Source of the DNA: Bugula neritina
Taxonomy: Eukaryota; Animalia; Bryozoa
DNA: 64,000 bases
Direction of reading: 5' to 3'
Assembly (NCBI GenBank): GCA_964035545.1
Contig: OZ037765.1
Location: forward strand, 25,729,504 to 25,793,503
Below, piece by piece: positions 1-12,141 of the stretch. The notes beneath the pieces were generated by a model. The model was not told where the DNA came from. It saw only the letters and a program-made list of their open reading frames with translations, and searched no databases. Position 1 is the first letter of the stretch; each line of letters starts with the position of its first letter. The position numbers were made by a program, and so were the translations under genes.

Positions 1-1317
1 CTCCCGGTGAGATGATCAAATAACGAAAATTGTTTATATTTGACCGCCAGAAAGCAATTTTATCTTGACATAGTTCAGTTTCTAAAACTGAAAATTGCCA
101 CTCTTGAATTGGAAATAATATCTTTCCTAGTTCATTGGCTGTCACTGCAATCTTTTAACTAATCAAATAAACTAATTTTAGTTTTGCCCAATTAAAAGAC
201 TTAAGGCTTTCTATTGGCGAAATTTGTTTGAAAAGAGCTAAGGCTAATACCCAATTCACGTGCGTTGGCAATCAATTGTAATAATATAAACATGTTGTAG
301 TAAAATTTGCGAATTCGGAAGCACACCAATACTAAGTTCCAATAAATACTACTACATGTGCATTGTATCTTCATTTAAATGAAATGAGAGTTTTAACTTG
401 AGGTGGATCTAACTATTATAATTTTAACATTCTTACACAGAGAGCTTATCATTATTCATACCTAAAGGTAATAAGTACTGTTTTATTTTTGTTCATTTGT
501 AATATTTTGATATTATTTCTATTGAATTTAAGTATGAATATCACTAACAGTTTAGCACCAGCCTTGTAAATTATGTACATATTATTTGTATGCAATAATT
601 TACTAGAAGCATATCTATTATTATTTGTTAATATTGTAGCAAGTTTAATTTGAATGAGTACTTAGACTTGAACTTTAAACTATAGTCAACTAAATGTGAA
701 TATTATATGCTAATAGTAATAGTAATATAGCAACCAATTCTTTTGCTGTTTCAGTTACAGGTGCACAATGACAATTACAATGAATATCATTGTGTGATCT
801 ATGTGATGTGTTTTTCAACTAATTGTTATCAAGTAACAAATATTAGTAGTACTCACAACTATTATGATATAATTTATTACAATGTTTAATCAAATAGCAC
901 CTTATATTATATAATGTGAATCTATTGAATCAGTGATATTTTGAGTAAACATTTAATATAAAACTAGCGTATTATATTCATTCAAGTGATTCACTTTAGT
1001 GGATACAAGAAAACTATTAAAGTTTGTATTGTAAGCTAAATTTTTTTCATTTAGGTGTTTGATGCATCTAGGAGGGCTATCTCAACCACCACTAATGAAA
1101 TAAAAAACAACAAATTTTTTTTATAAACTTTTAGTAGTGGTCATAAACCTCATTAGACTTTTCATTTTTTAAAATCATGTTGAAAGCACCAGGTTCATAC
1201 ATAATTTCTAATAAGTCAGCAAGTTTTGCGACATGCTTGTGTCATTCGTGTGTTTTGTTATTTTTATATGTGTGTTTAACTTGTGTTTCGTTTTATTTAC
1301 CTAAAAAGTGAAATACA

Positions 1318-4300
1318 ATGGCCAATCCTGGAGCAGACATGTTCAAAGTCAACCTGAGTCGACCTAATAGCTCAGTTTCTTGGGGATTCAGACTACAAGG
1401 TGGAGCAGACTTCTCAACTCCTCTCTCTATTCAACTGGTAAATGTACCGCAGTATTCCAGCTGTGCTGTTATCTTCTTCCACAATCTGGTGTCACGTTTA
1501 GTCCTAATACTTAGCTTATCCTGTTATAGGTGTACCACCTTTGCATGATTTGAAACTTGTCTTATTATATCACATGAGTGAGAGCAGTTCAAACAAACCT
1601 ACACCAAAGATTACATGTCAATTAGCTGTTCGATAAGCTTGCACTTGTTGCGCAATCTATTTTTAACCCTCCTTATGCCTACAGTATTTATGCATCTTAC
1701 AGTGTCCACAAAACATTTCTTTGAGTAGGATATAAGGTTGAGGTTTTGTATTTCATCTTCTCAAGGCGCTATTGGCTCATTTTCTGGTACAACAGCAATA
1801 AAACTGAGAGATAGCATCAAAAGCATATTAGGTTGAGATGTTGTAGTATAATGGTTGTAAAACTGCGGTATCTAGCTTATTTGTATAATAAAATATTCTA
1901 TGTGTATGGAAATTATACTATTACCTCACAGCAATCGTGCTCATAGCTAAAGCTGGTAAAACCATGCAACTGTTCTACATGCTCTAGTACAAATTGTATA
2001 ATTAATTGCGAAATAGGAAAAGGCAGCTGAATAATATCTGTTGGGCAATTTACTAGTCAGCATTATATAGACTATAGAGTATAGAGTGTTGTTACTAGTA
2101 ATCTTTCTACACTAATCTAAACTGTAAGCTTTCAACCTGCTGTGGTCTGAGTAGCAAATTAATTTTAAATATTTGAGATTCTGACGAACAAGCTGCTGTT
2201 ACATCAGATCTCAGTCTATATAATATATAATGGCCGTAAGATCGCTTAGAAATATTGCAAAAATTTGATCTGGCATTTTTTCCCAGCTTTGGATTTGAAG
2301 TAGGTTATGCATAATTGTTGTAATACTGTGGGTGCTTATGTATTCAAGCATTAGGTAAGGTAAATATTTGCTGGTATGCGCAAACATACAACTTAGCTGC
2401 CTGTCTCCAGTAACACGGAATGTCAATAAATACAGCGGATCTACGAGTTATCAAATAGTAATACTGAAATCATTGTTTGGCACCAAGTGAAACTATTTCA
2501 GCTTTCAATCAGTTGTTGCTCACCACTTGGATTTCTTCCTAACCTTGTCAATTGTCTTAAACTATATAGCTGATAAAACAGATGACGGCAATAAATTAGT
2601 ATAAGTAGTGTAGCGCTTTACCTACAGCTGGCAACTGTGACAAATAATTTACTAATCCTAAATAGTTCTTCATTCTTTACTGCAGCATACTGGCACATGT
2701 TTACCAAAGTGTAACTACTGGAATGTAAGGGTGGGATGAAGAAATGTACTGTTGTGATAGGGAAGGCATATCTTTCTGTTTTAAAGCATTCTCATGAATT
2801 AATCACATGTCATCATTTAGAAACAATATCTGTCTTTTCAGTTATGTTTTCTTAAAATGTCAAAATGACTTTGAGCTGTAAGTATGAATAATGGCATTGT
2901 GTAGTTGAGTGAAATGTTGATGGAATAATAACATCTATTTACCACAGCAAGGAAGAAGCATTCATTCCCATAGTTATGATGACCTTTTGACCTAATGTAT
3001 CATAATTAATAATAGACTAATAAAGAGAGTTGAAGGGTTTCCGATGTTGGCAAATAAGTTTTGGACAATGCATTCTTGCTGAATCATCTTATAGTCACTG
3101 TTATTACAGTTTAATAGCTCAACTATCAAAGGGATATGGTGGCGGCAGCAATGCTGCTGGTATCACATGTGGGTTAGTTAGTGCAGTACTTGTTAACTTT
3201 TTTAGATGTTAAAACCTTGCCAATACATCTCTTTGATTTGAACTATAACAGTTCAGCCGTTATTCTTATGTACTATTTGATGGTGATTATTGGTGATAAT
3301 TTCAAAAATATTGTTGTCTATACACATACATTTGGTGATGTCTAAGCTACATGAAAGCCATCGGAGAATAGCAGAGCTGCTTGTTTTATTCTCTTTGATT
3401 TTCTGCTAAATAATTGCGTAGTCAGTTGATTTTCTTTGATAGGATGTTTAATAGAGTTTTTGAAAGTGTGCTACTTGCTGCTGCTAGGCCAATAATTTGT
3501 TGCTGCTCTCTCCCAGGTTCAACCCAACAGCGTGGCAGAGCAATCTGGGCTGCAAGCTGGCGATGGCATACTCCAGGTCAATGGTTTAGCAACGGAGACT
3601 CTAGACCATGAAAGTGCTAAAATGGAGATTATCCGGGCTGGTAATCAGATAGAGTTCCTAGTACAAAGGTAATTTAAAGATTAGTCCCCACTAATTCCCT
3701 CCATGTCTAAAGATTTCACGCTTTAAATTGTCCCGGGCTGCAACAGTTTCTTTTCAAATAACCCTGCCTTAGTAGTTCTATAGCCAACTTGGCGATTTAA
3801 GGGTGAATTAAAATGTTTACTTATTTTTAATAAAGGTACCCTGGGAAATGTATTAGCTTGGTACAATATATTTTATTATACTGCAACTTAGTACTAGAAG
3901 TAACTATATTATGTATTTACTGCATAACCAAGCATCTAGACTGCCTTTGCTCAGCTACTTAGCTGTAAATGTCAGACTGTTGTATACTGGATGGCCTAGA
4001 TAGCTTTCAGCTTCTCTGTTTATCAATTAGCTGCCTAAGGGGAAGGAAGAGTTTAACTGATAATGTCAGTCTAAACTCTAAAATGATACTAAAGTACTGC
4101 AAGGGTGTAACAAGTAGACGTGCTCAAATATAGATTGCGCCAATATCAAATTTGTGTTTGATAACAGGGCTTTTTTATGGACATTACAAAGAGCATACAG
4201 CCATCATTATGTAAGATTATATTTTTAGCAATTGCCGTAAGTTAACATAGCTGCTCCGGGCCAAGGAATGTGAAAGATCAATTTTCTTACATTCTAAACT

Positions 4301-7300
4301 ACCTCAAGTTTTCTCTCATTAAATAGTATGTAAATATTTGAAAACTGAGATAGCCAGTGCCAGGCATTTTATCTCACTTGCTGTGTGCATTACGTGTTAT
4401 ATAACCATAAGTATTAATTTTTGATAGATTATTTCAAGCATTTGACAGCCTATATGCTTGCTTTCACAATATACATCATCAATAAGCAGGCTAATGTTAC
4501 AGACAGTTAAATTCATAAACAACCATGAGGTCAGCCTTCAGCTATTTTATGACTCATCATCACCACGTCATTCATTCTCAACATCTCAAATAGGAAGACA
4601 CTACTCAATTAGTCACTTTTTAATTCTAAAATACCTGCTCATTCTTGCATGTGTGCGGTAAACTAGGGGTATTTTCCTGGATATTTATGAATTGATTCTG
4701 AATAATTAAATGTGATTCACAATGCCCGCATATAATATATGTAATATTTACAAGTACAGAATATGATCTAATCATACACCTCAGTCAGTAGAGTGGTATT
4801 TCCAGGCTTCAAATGAATGCTGCACTGTTGTACGTAATTGTTATTCATTAACTTTAGTCTTTGAATAAGCCCTTTGATTTGCTTCTGTGGAGGTCAAAAT
4901 AATACAGCAAAGTGTCACATCCCGGGTAGCTCCTGAGTCGTGCAGTAGTAACTCTGAGCATTCGGTTGTTCACCTTTTCTTATACAGAACTGCCACTTCA
5001 CTGGGTCGATGACTTTCATTAATGTAGCTATATTAAAGCAACTATTGCACTATTCTGATGTTGTCCTGATTCAATAACCAACCTTCATTGTTTCTAATCA
5101 CTTGAATCTATTCAAGGACCTCATATTCCCAGCCATTGCTTCCTCTCTCAGGATTTCAATCTCTTTATTTCATGAGTTCTGCTGAGATATTATGTAGAGA
5201 AATCATTTGATGTGGCACAGTTGAACTCTGGTCACACTTAAGCAGTGTTAAGTGTAAATCACGTGATGCTGACCATTTCACAGAGCTGCTTATCTATCTC
5301 AGTCTCAGAATTCAAATACATTAGACAACTAATTTTACATAAAAGCAGCTACTTCAGCTACTCAGAAATACCTCAAATGTTGGAAGCAAAAATATGAAAA
5401 AATTAAAGCACGCAACACTTGTACCTGACCAATTAGATCTCTAAATCTAATTACTGCTCAGCTCTCTCTTCTTTTTGTTTGAGTTACTAACTAAATGAGT
5501 TATTCTCAAGAATGCTTATTTATTTATTATAGCTTGCCACAGTTATTTATTAGAGAAAAGTGAAGGTTCTCTTGCTTTGTTATGCAGCAAAACATACAAC
5601 AGATAACCTGTACTTTAGGGATGAGATGATGACAGAAGTTGCCTTCTCTAAAACATTGGTCACTTCATTTGAATTGCAGCGACTTTTAAGCAGTGCTTAA
5701 TCACTAATAAAGGGGGAAAATTTGTTTGCTAAAATATTAGTAAAGTGTGTAGCAGTCTACATGTGACTAACAGTCTGCAGAACTTGTTGAGCTCATCAAT
5801 AGGGTTTAATTGCCTGTAAACTTTTACTCGTAGATCTTACTATTATCAAATGGAATTTTAACATGTTCACTCTCATTTCATACATACAAGTTTAATAACC
5901 TGAGAAATGTTTCCCATGTTACCATCAGTTGTAGTTTCTCTTTAGTCATGCTCTCTTGGGGTTGGCTTCTCTCATTAAATTTTATTTTGAATTATAGAGG
6001 AGCTGTTTCTACATGGAGACCAAAGGTCACTCCAATGTCAGGGCTGAAGCCTTCAGAGCTGCAAACACACGCATTACCTGGTGAAGCACCTCCCATTCAA
6101 AAGACCTCTCTAGCTTCCAACCTACAGGTAGTTATTTTTATATAAAATTTGTATGTAGAAGTCAGCTGACATAGGATAAGATACTATTTGTTTATATATG
6201 TAGTCCGTCCATTGTATTCTGGTTCTCATTCTATATTGGGATGTGCATCTATTATTGAATATTGTGGCATAGCTGAGCAGTCAGCATTCTATTATGGAGA
6301 TATAATTTTCTGCTTGAGTTACCTTCGCATTCCTGGTCTGTTATAACATTTGAGAAATGTTGATCTCAATGTAATTATTATTATGAAAGTATTCAAGAAT
6401 TCAATACACAGCTGCAGTTGTATTACTATATTGATGTGGTTTCAAATCAATACTCAAACATGCTGCTGCGTTCTAATCAATATAAATAGTTGCAACAAAA
6501 CTAATCTTTATACTGGTCATTTATTATTTGTAATCTGATTGGTAGGTCTTGTGTTTCTGTTATTGTAATTGGTTAGATTTAGCACCTTTATACATTATGA
6601 TTAGACATGAGATTTTGATATTTCTCAATTTGCAATACAATTAATTATGTGGGCCTGTTGCATCTTATCTCTTTTGGTAAACCATCCCATCACAATCATA
6701 TCATAAAACTATTTGGAAACAACTTTTAATATAATTTACTGAATCGAACCACAACTTGAATGGTTTTGAGATAAAAAACAATGTATGAAAATATTTATAT
6801 TTTGAATATTGACATAATATTAAACCTTAACATATTATTGTTAAAAGATTTTCATACTGCTTCGTTATTCAGTTATTAATAATCTACTATTTTATTTAAA
6901 CTTTTACTATTATTTCAACTATATATTATAATTGCTAAGATATTAGCAAAAACTAAGAATTGTTACACAAGTTGGTTTCTCTATAATAAAGTGAAGATAA
7001 CTCTAAAGTGTTCAAACAATGCGCAACTTCAGACTAGTTAGCAATGGGTCCCTACATAATGTTATGATGAAATTGTATTACCAACTCACACCCTAATAAA
7101 ATTAGTCTTTTTTCTGTTTGAACGTAAGTGAGTTGATTCAAATCGACTAGACAATAATTTTAATCTGTGCTCTTGAAGCTGATATACAGCACAGTTGACC
7201 ATATTGTATATAATTTATTATATCTGCCATTCTCTCTATTTGCTCATAAAAGCCTATGGCGCACGTGGGAAGCTCACACAACAGATCAGCCAAACCATTT

Positions 7301-10300
7301 GGAGCACCAGGGGGTTCATCTGTGGCTACAGAATCTCACATCTCCATTCGTGACTCTTTCCCCGACTCGGCCAGTCACCCTGACGCTCATGGAAGAAACC
7401 AAGTAGGCCATATACGGATCAATAAATCATATAGTCGTAATTTACCTGCATCGATTTTGTGATTGCAGTACGGTAATCTCTCCGTATCTCACTAAGCTAT
7501 GGGTCCCAAAACCTCAATTTGTGAGATAGTAGAATACTAAATTTAACTGACGGATCCGTTAAATTCGGCCATTTTGTCCCTATACGCACATGCAGGTCCT
7601 CCTCGTGAAAAAGGAATCTATCAGCTATGAATGGAGTACTGTAATAGTATGTGCATGTACATGTATTGTATTTATGACATGCTTTTTTCTTTTGTAGCTA
7701 CAGCAAGAATACTTAAAGGAGTGTGCGGGCGTTGTGCCTGATGTAGATTATAACGTGTTGCAATCTACTCGACAACGGCCTGGTTCTACATCTTCCACTG
7801 GCTCTGGACCATCCAGCACTAGTGGAGTGGTACATGCTCAGTATAACACACCTCTTGGGGTATATTCTAATAACAATGTTAATGACAGCTTTCAACAGCA
7901 GGCTGGAGTCATGCAAAACAATTTCGATAAGTAAGTGAATCTTATGTTCCATTATTACTGTATCAAAAGGTATCTAGTTATTTGCTAAATAAGTTAACAT
8001 AAATGAAATATTGTTAATTTACTTTTAGAGATATTAGCAATCAGTTGGCTGATGTAACTTTCAAAACTGGAGCAGATATTGCTCAACATAAAGGTGTTGT
8101 AGCTGGGTTTTCTCTTGTATTGTGCTTCTGTGTTTATATCTCTACAAGTTGTTATGTCTACCAAGTTTGCGTTGGGTTGCTAAGTTAAATTGAAATGAGT
8201 TGGGAAATTTTACATCACAGTTGGAGGCTAAGCTGAGTATATTTTAAAATTAATTGTTGAATGACAACGCAACACAATATAACAAAAAGTTGTGAATAAA
8301 ACCTATTAAGCTTTTGGTCAGAGCATTAGGTTTTACAGTGCAATGACAAGCTATAATGTATAAAACTGGGGAGATAACTTCTGCAAAAGCTTAATTCAAC
8401 TGCATTCTCACATTGCTGAAAAGATTTTGTATCACTGTTAGTCAGCCATGGTGAAAAAACCCGCTAAGTTAACTCTGCAAAACAGCACAACTTGCAACTC
8501 AAATTTGTAGAGATATAAACTCTGCCTTAGCTTTACTAGTGAGTGGCCAAGTAACCTATTTGCTACAGCTTCTCCAGTTTTGCGTGTTGCATGGTAGTGT
8601 TTGTATTTTGTTTTAGCATGTCTTTGCATGATGATGTTGCTGAAAATCATAAAAGTGTGATAAATAATAACCACATCCCCAGCAAGCCTGTGGTCACATT
8701 ACCACCGCCAACAGCTAATACGGAGAAAGCAAAGTCTCCAGTTCAGTTAGCCTTAGAGCAGGCAGAAAACTTTGAGGAAAACTTGCTAAGAGGCGGAAGT
8801 TCGCAATCGAAATCCTTTAAAATCTTAGAGCAAGAGTTGCATGCTGAAGGAGATGATTCTAACGGAATCAATGCTTCTTCCAATGGAACTAGTGAGATGC
8901 ATTGTTATTAAATAATCAAATGTTTTGTTGGCTGCTGCATGACTTGAAGCTAGTTTCGTGGCTGTTGAAGATGATGTGTGCTTTTAGTCAGTTGAATCAG
9001 CAAATTGTAGGCTTTACTATGTCAATAAAACCAATATTATGCAAACTTTAAATATGTTGTTTAGTTAATTCGCATTACACATGCTATATCTTAATGTAGG
9101 AGTGCTGCCACCTGGTGTCAAATCTGTACAAGCCCCAAAAACCAATATGAAAATGACTGGTCCACGATACAAACAACCAACTACTAAATGTTACATATGC
9201 GACAATTTCATAACGTAAGTGCACCCTCTATTTGTATTGTACAGCTAGCATTGTGATGATAAATTCTGTTTTCCATATAGAAATACTTTTCATCAATGAT
9301 ATAGATTTTGGAGTTGTATTTTCCTGATGTGCAACTTTTCATAATTATGCTAATTAAACATTTTCACTAGCACAGCACATTAGCATTATTTAACACATGG
9401 TAATGTGCAGGCAGCAGCAAAGGGAGTTGTTGGCCCAATAAATTGAAATTCTTCAACATCAGTTTTTAATAGCAATGCTTTGTTTTTAATTGGGCGAGTA
9501 TTGGCTTTATGGCAAGGAGCTGAAAAATTTGAATTTTGATCAAACTTGTCGAGATTTAGTGTACTTGTTTATAGCTAAGAGTAATTAATTTAAGTATTTA
9601 AAACATTATTTTCTTAAATCTGTCTTTTTTAATTTTCATACAACTATATTAAATTCATTATATGATTTTTTTTCCAGTGGAGTATTCGTGCGTGTAAAAG
9701 ACTTTTGTCTTCACTCAGACTGCTTGAGGTGTGCTCAATGTAACAGAAACTTGAAGAGTATTGGTAAGTCAACCTACAAATATGTTGAATTTAGGCCTCT
9801 AGCACTCTGTGTATTGCAGCGTGCAGACCAGTTGGCCACCAAGTGGTAATAATGTTATTACAATCACTAATATTATTACAATAACTGAATATTTTGATCT
9901 AATAATTAAATTTATTTAACATCTGTCTTTAATGTATGAGCATGCAAGAAAGTGAGTTGTATTTGTATTATATACACCTTGTTGGTGACTTGACTACATG
10001 TTTAGGGTATATTTGCGTTGGAGATAGGATTTACTGTGTTAAGGATGCTAAAGCTATAACTCATCAACAAAATGTCTAGATCAAACACTTTTAGTAAGTT
10101 TCCATGGGCAAACTAGATGTGAAGATATTAAGTTATGGTTTGTGAGTGTGCAAGTTAATGCTAAATTAATTTATTGAGCATGATTTGTAATAATTTGTCG
10201 TTATATGTTCTAATTGCTCATGGAAGCTTGCTTATATTGAACAAATTAGAGTGATGTGGGCTGGTGTTACTTAGATAAAACTTATAAATGTTTGTGTGAG

Positions 10301-10835
10301 GTTTGCTAGACTTAGTTGAAATTTTTTAATATATCCTGGTTACAAATGGAGTTGATTTATGCTATTTTATTTTATGTTTATTTGGTGGGCCTGTGTTACT
10401 TATGAAGATGATTGTTTAAATTTTTTGTTCAATTTTTTAGCATTTTGACATTTTTTTGAAAAATGTATATTGATCACAATAACATTTTTTGAAAATAAAA
10501 ACTTTTTAGATACGATTATTAGATATAGATTTACCCAACTGTGTGCTCTTGAGCTTGAGCGAGTTTAGCCTCTGCTGATGGGCACATGTGCTGTTGTGTA
10601 CACACATGTACTTGAACCTTTCTTTAGATCTTCTGCCACATCTGCTATAGTTAGCATTAGAACTGTTTTTGATGATGAATTATTTATTAGCAGCTTATTT
10701 TCTTCTTTGATATGGTGTGTTGTAGGATACATCTGGGTGCAGGATAAAATCTACTGCGTGCAGCATGCTAGAGAGCTAACCAGGCCTCCGGGTGGTGGAT
10801 ACACTGCATATGTTATTGATGCACCTGATGCGTAG
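1318..10835 (+). CDS. PDLIM: PDZ and LIM domain protein, ALP subfamily (PDLIM1-4/Zasp-like): PDZ + ZM motif + single C-terminal LIM
   Basis: Exons joined in frame at GT-AG sites: 1318-1437, 3517-3668, 5998-6127, 7253-7402, 7698-7930, 8617-8891, 9100-9214, 9678-9763, then 10006-10079 or 10726-10835. Motifs: PDZ 'SWGFRLQGGADF...GLQAGDGILQVNG'; 'HVGSSHNRSAKPF'; ZM 'VVHAQYNTPLGVYS'; ALP-type 'QSKSFKILEQEL' and 'PPGVKSVQAP'; LIM 'CYIC...HSDCLRCAQC...YCV(KD/QH)'. The exact vertebrate paralog cannot be assigned. Confidence 0.9.
7471..7641. mobile_element. Possible degenerate pogo/Tc1-type MITE in a PDLIM intron
   Basis: Flanked by TA on both sides. Imperfect terminal inverted repeats (CGGTAATCTCTCCGTATCTCA vs reverse-complement CAGTACTCCATTCATAGCTGA, 13/21 identical). 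Internal palindrome aatttaac..ggatcc..gttaaatt. Confidence 0.35.
10006..10079 (+). CDS. PDLIM: Alternative terminal exon A of the PDZ-LIM gene (GYICVGDRIYCVKDAKAITHQQNV*)
   Basis: tttag acceptor ends at 10005. Phase 1 matches the donor after 9763. Completes LIM finger 2 with CxxD. AATAAA at 10494-10499. Confidence 0.75.
10726..10835 (+). CDS. PDLIM: Alternative terminal exon B of the PDZ-LIM gene (GYIWVQDKIYCVQHARELTRPPGGGYTAYVIDAPDA*)
   Basis: tgtag acceptor ends at 10725. Same phase as exon A. Completes LIM finger 2 with CxxH. AATAAA at 11385-11390. Confidence 0.8.
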
Positions 10836-12141
10836 TGTTTTTCTCACAAATTCTATGAATATAATGTTGTTACGGCTAAAGTTTGAAAAGCTTCTTATGT
10901 AGCCTCTGATATACTGTAGCAATTCTGTAACTGTAGGCTTTCCTAACTACATGATGGGTTATAAATTCAATTGCTAGCGGTATCTTTTTTATACCTGTAG
11001 TATGTAGTACTGAAAAATTTCTGCTCCATATCAAGCATTTGCGTGCTAAATATAAAAACTGCTACTTTATCTTCACATTACTGTTAGGTGAGCTAGTCCA
11101 TTTTTCAATATGAATTATAATATAAAAATAATAGTTGCTATAAATGCTATGCATGCAATCAAATTTTGTTAAATTATTTTATTCTTCTTTTCTATAAAAT
11201 AATCATTTGCTGTTTCCTACAAACCTTTTATAATAATTTTAATCAGTTTGTGAACATTAAGCTTCCTCCTAATTATGTTTATCTGTATCACTTTTTTCAT
11301 TTTTGAATGGTGTATGCTGATGCTTTAATATTTTAGCTTTTTCTTAGAAGTGCCCTCTGATATTACACAATATATTTTTTGAAAAATAAACATTTCATCA
11401 AAAGAATAATAGTGGATATGTCTATGAAGTTGTATATTTCATTTAAAATCACCTCTTTGGTAAAAAAATGTGTCACTGAGATGATGAAGACTTGCTGAAG
11501 CAATAGGATTGTAAAATTATATTACCCAGAAACCACATGCTGCAAAATTCAGCTGCTGAATTTGCTACTTTGTACTCTGAGACCATTAAACAGAATTGGT
11601 GTTGAGGTGGTTAGGATATTCTATGTGGGGCTCGCTAACATTTTGTCAACACAAGTTTTTAGAACATTGAATCATATCTATTCAGTTATAGTTATATTAA
11701 TATCACAAATTGCATGCACTTTAAATACCTGGTAAAGTTCAGAAAATTATAAATTTACATATAGAGTGTATATGTTGATAAATAGATAGTTATACAAACT
11801 AATAATTTCTATTGTTATTTGCTTTCAGGAGTTATCTTTTCAGCAATATACATATCCATTTATATCTGTCAGTTGATTGGCTATTTATTTCATAGCAGCT
11901 CTACTGCTGGTTGGATTATATTGAGACGCAATAGTATACGTGCTTCATATATATACTATACAGCTTCATATTGTTTCAAGTCATTGCAAGATAATCACGG
12001 AGGACAATATATACTACAATCATGGGAATATAGCTGATTGCAGCATCATAAAATAAACACGGAGGAATATAAACAATAAGTTAACTTTTTGTTCAACTGC
12101 TTTACTATTAAATATAGATATTGGACTTAAACATCACAACT

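Noticed and set aside
1-153. Minus-strand frame open for ~51 codons running off the window edge (KIAVTANELGKILFPIQEWQF...)
   Set aside because: No start codon, no recognisable homology, and truncated by the window edge.
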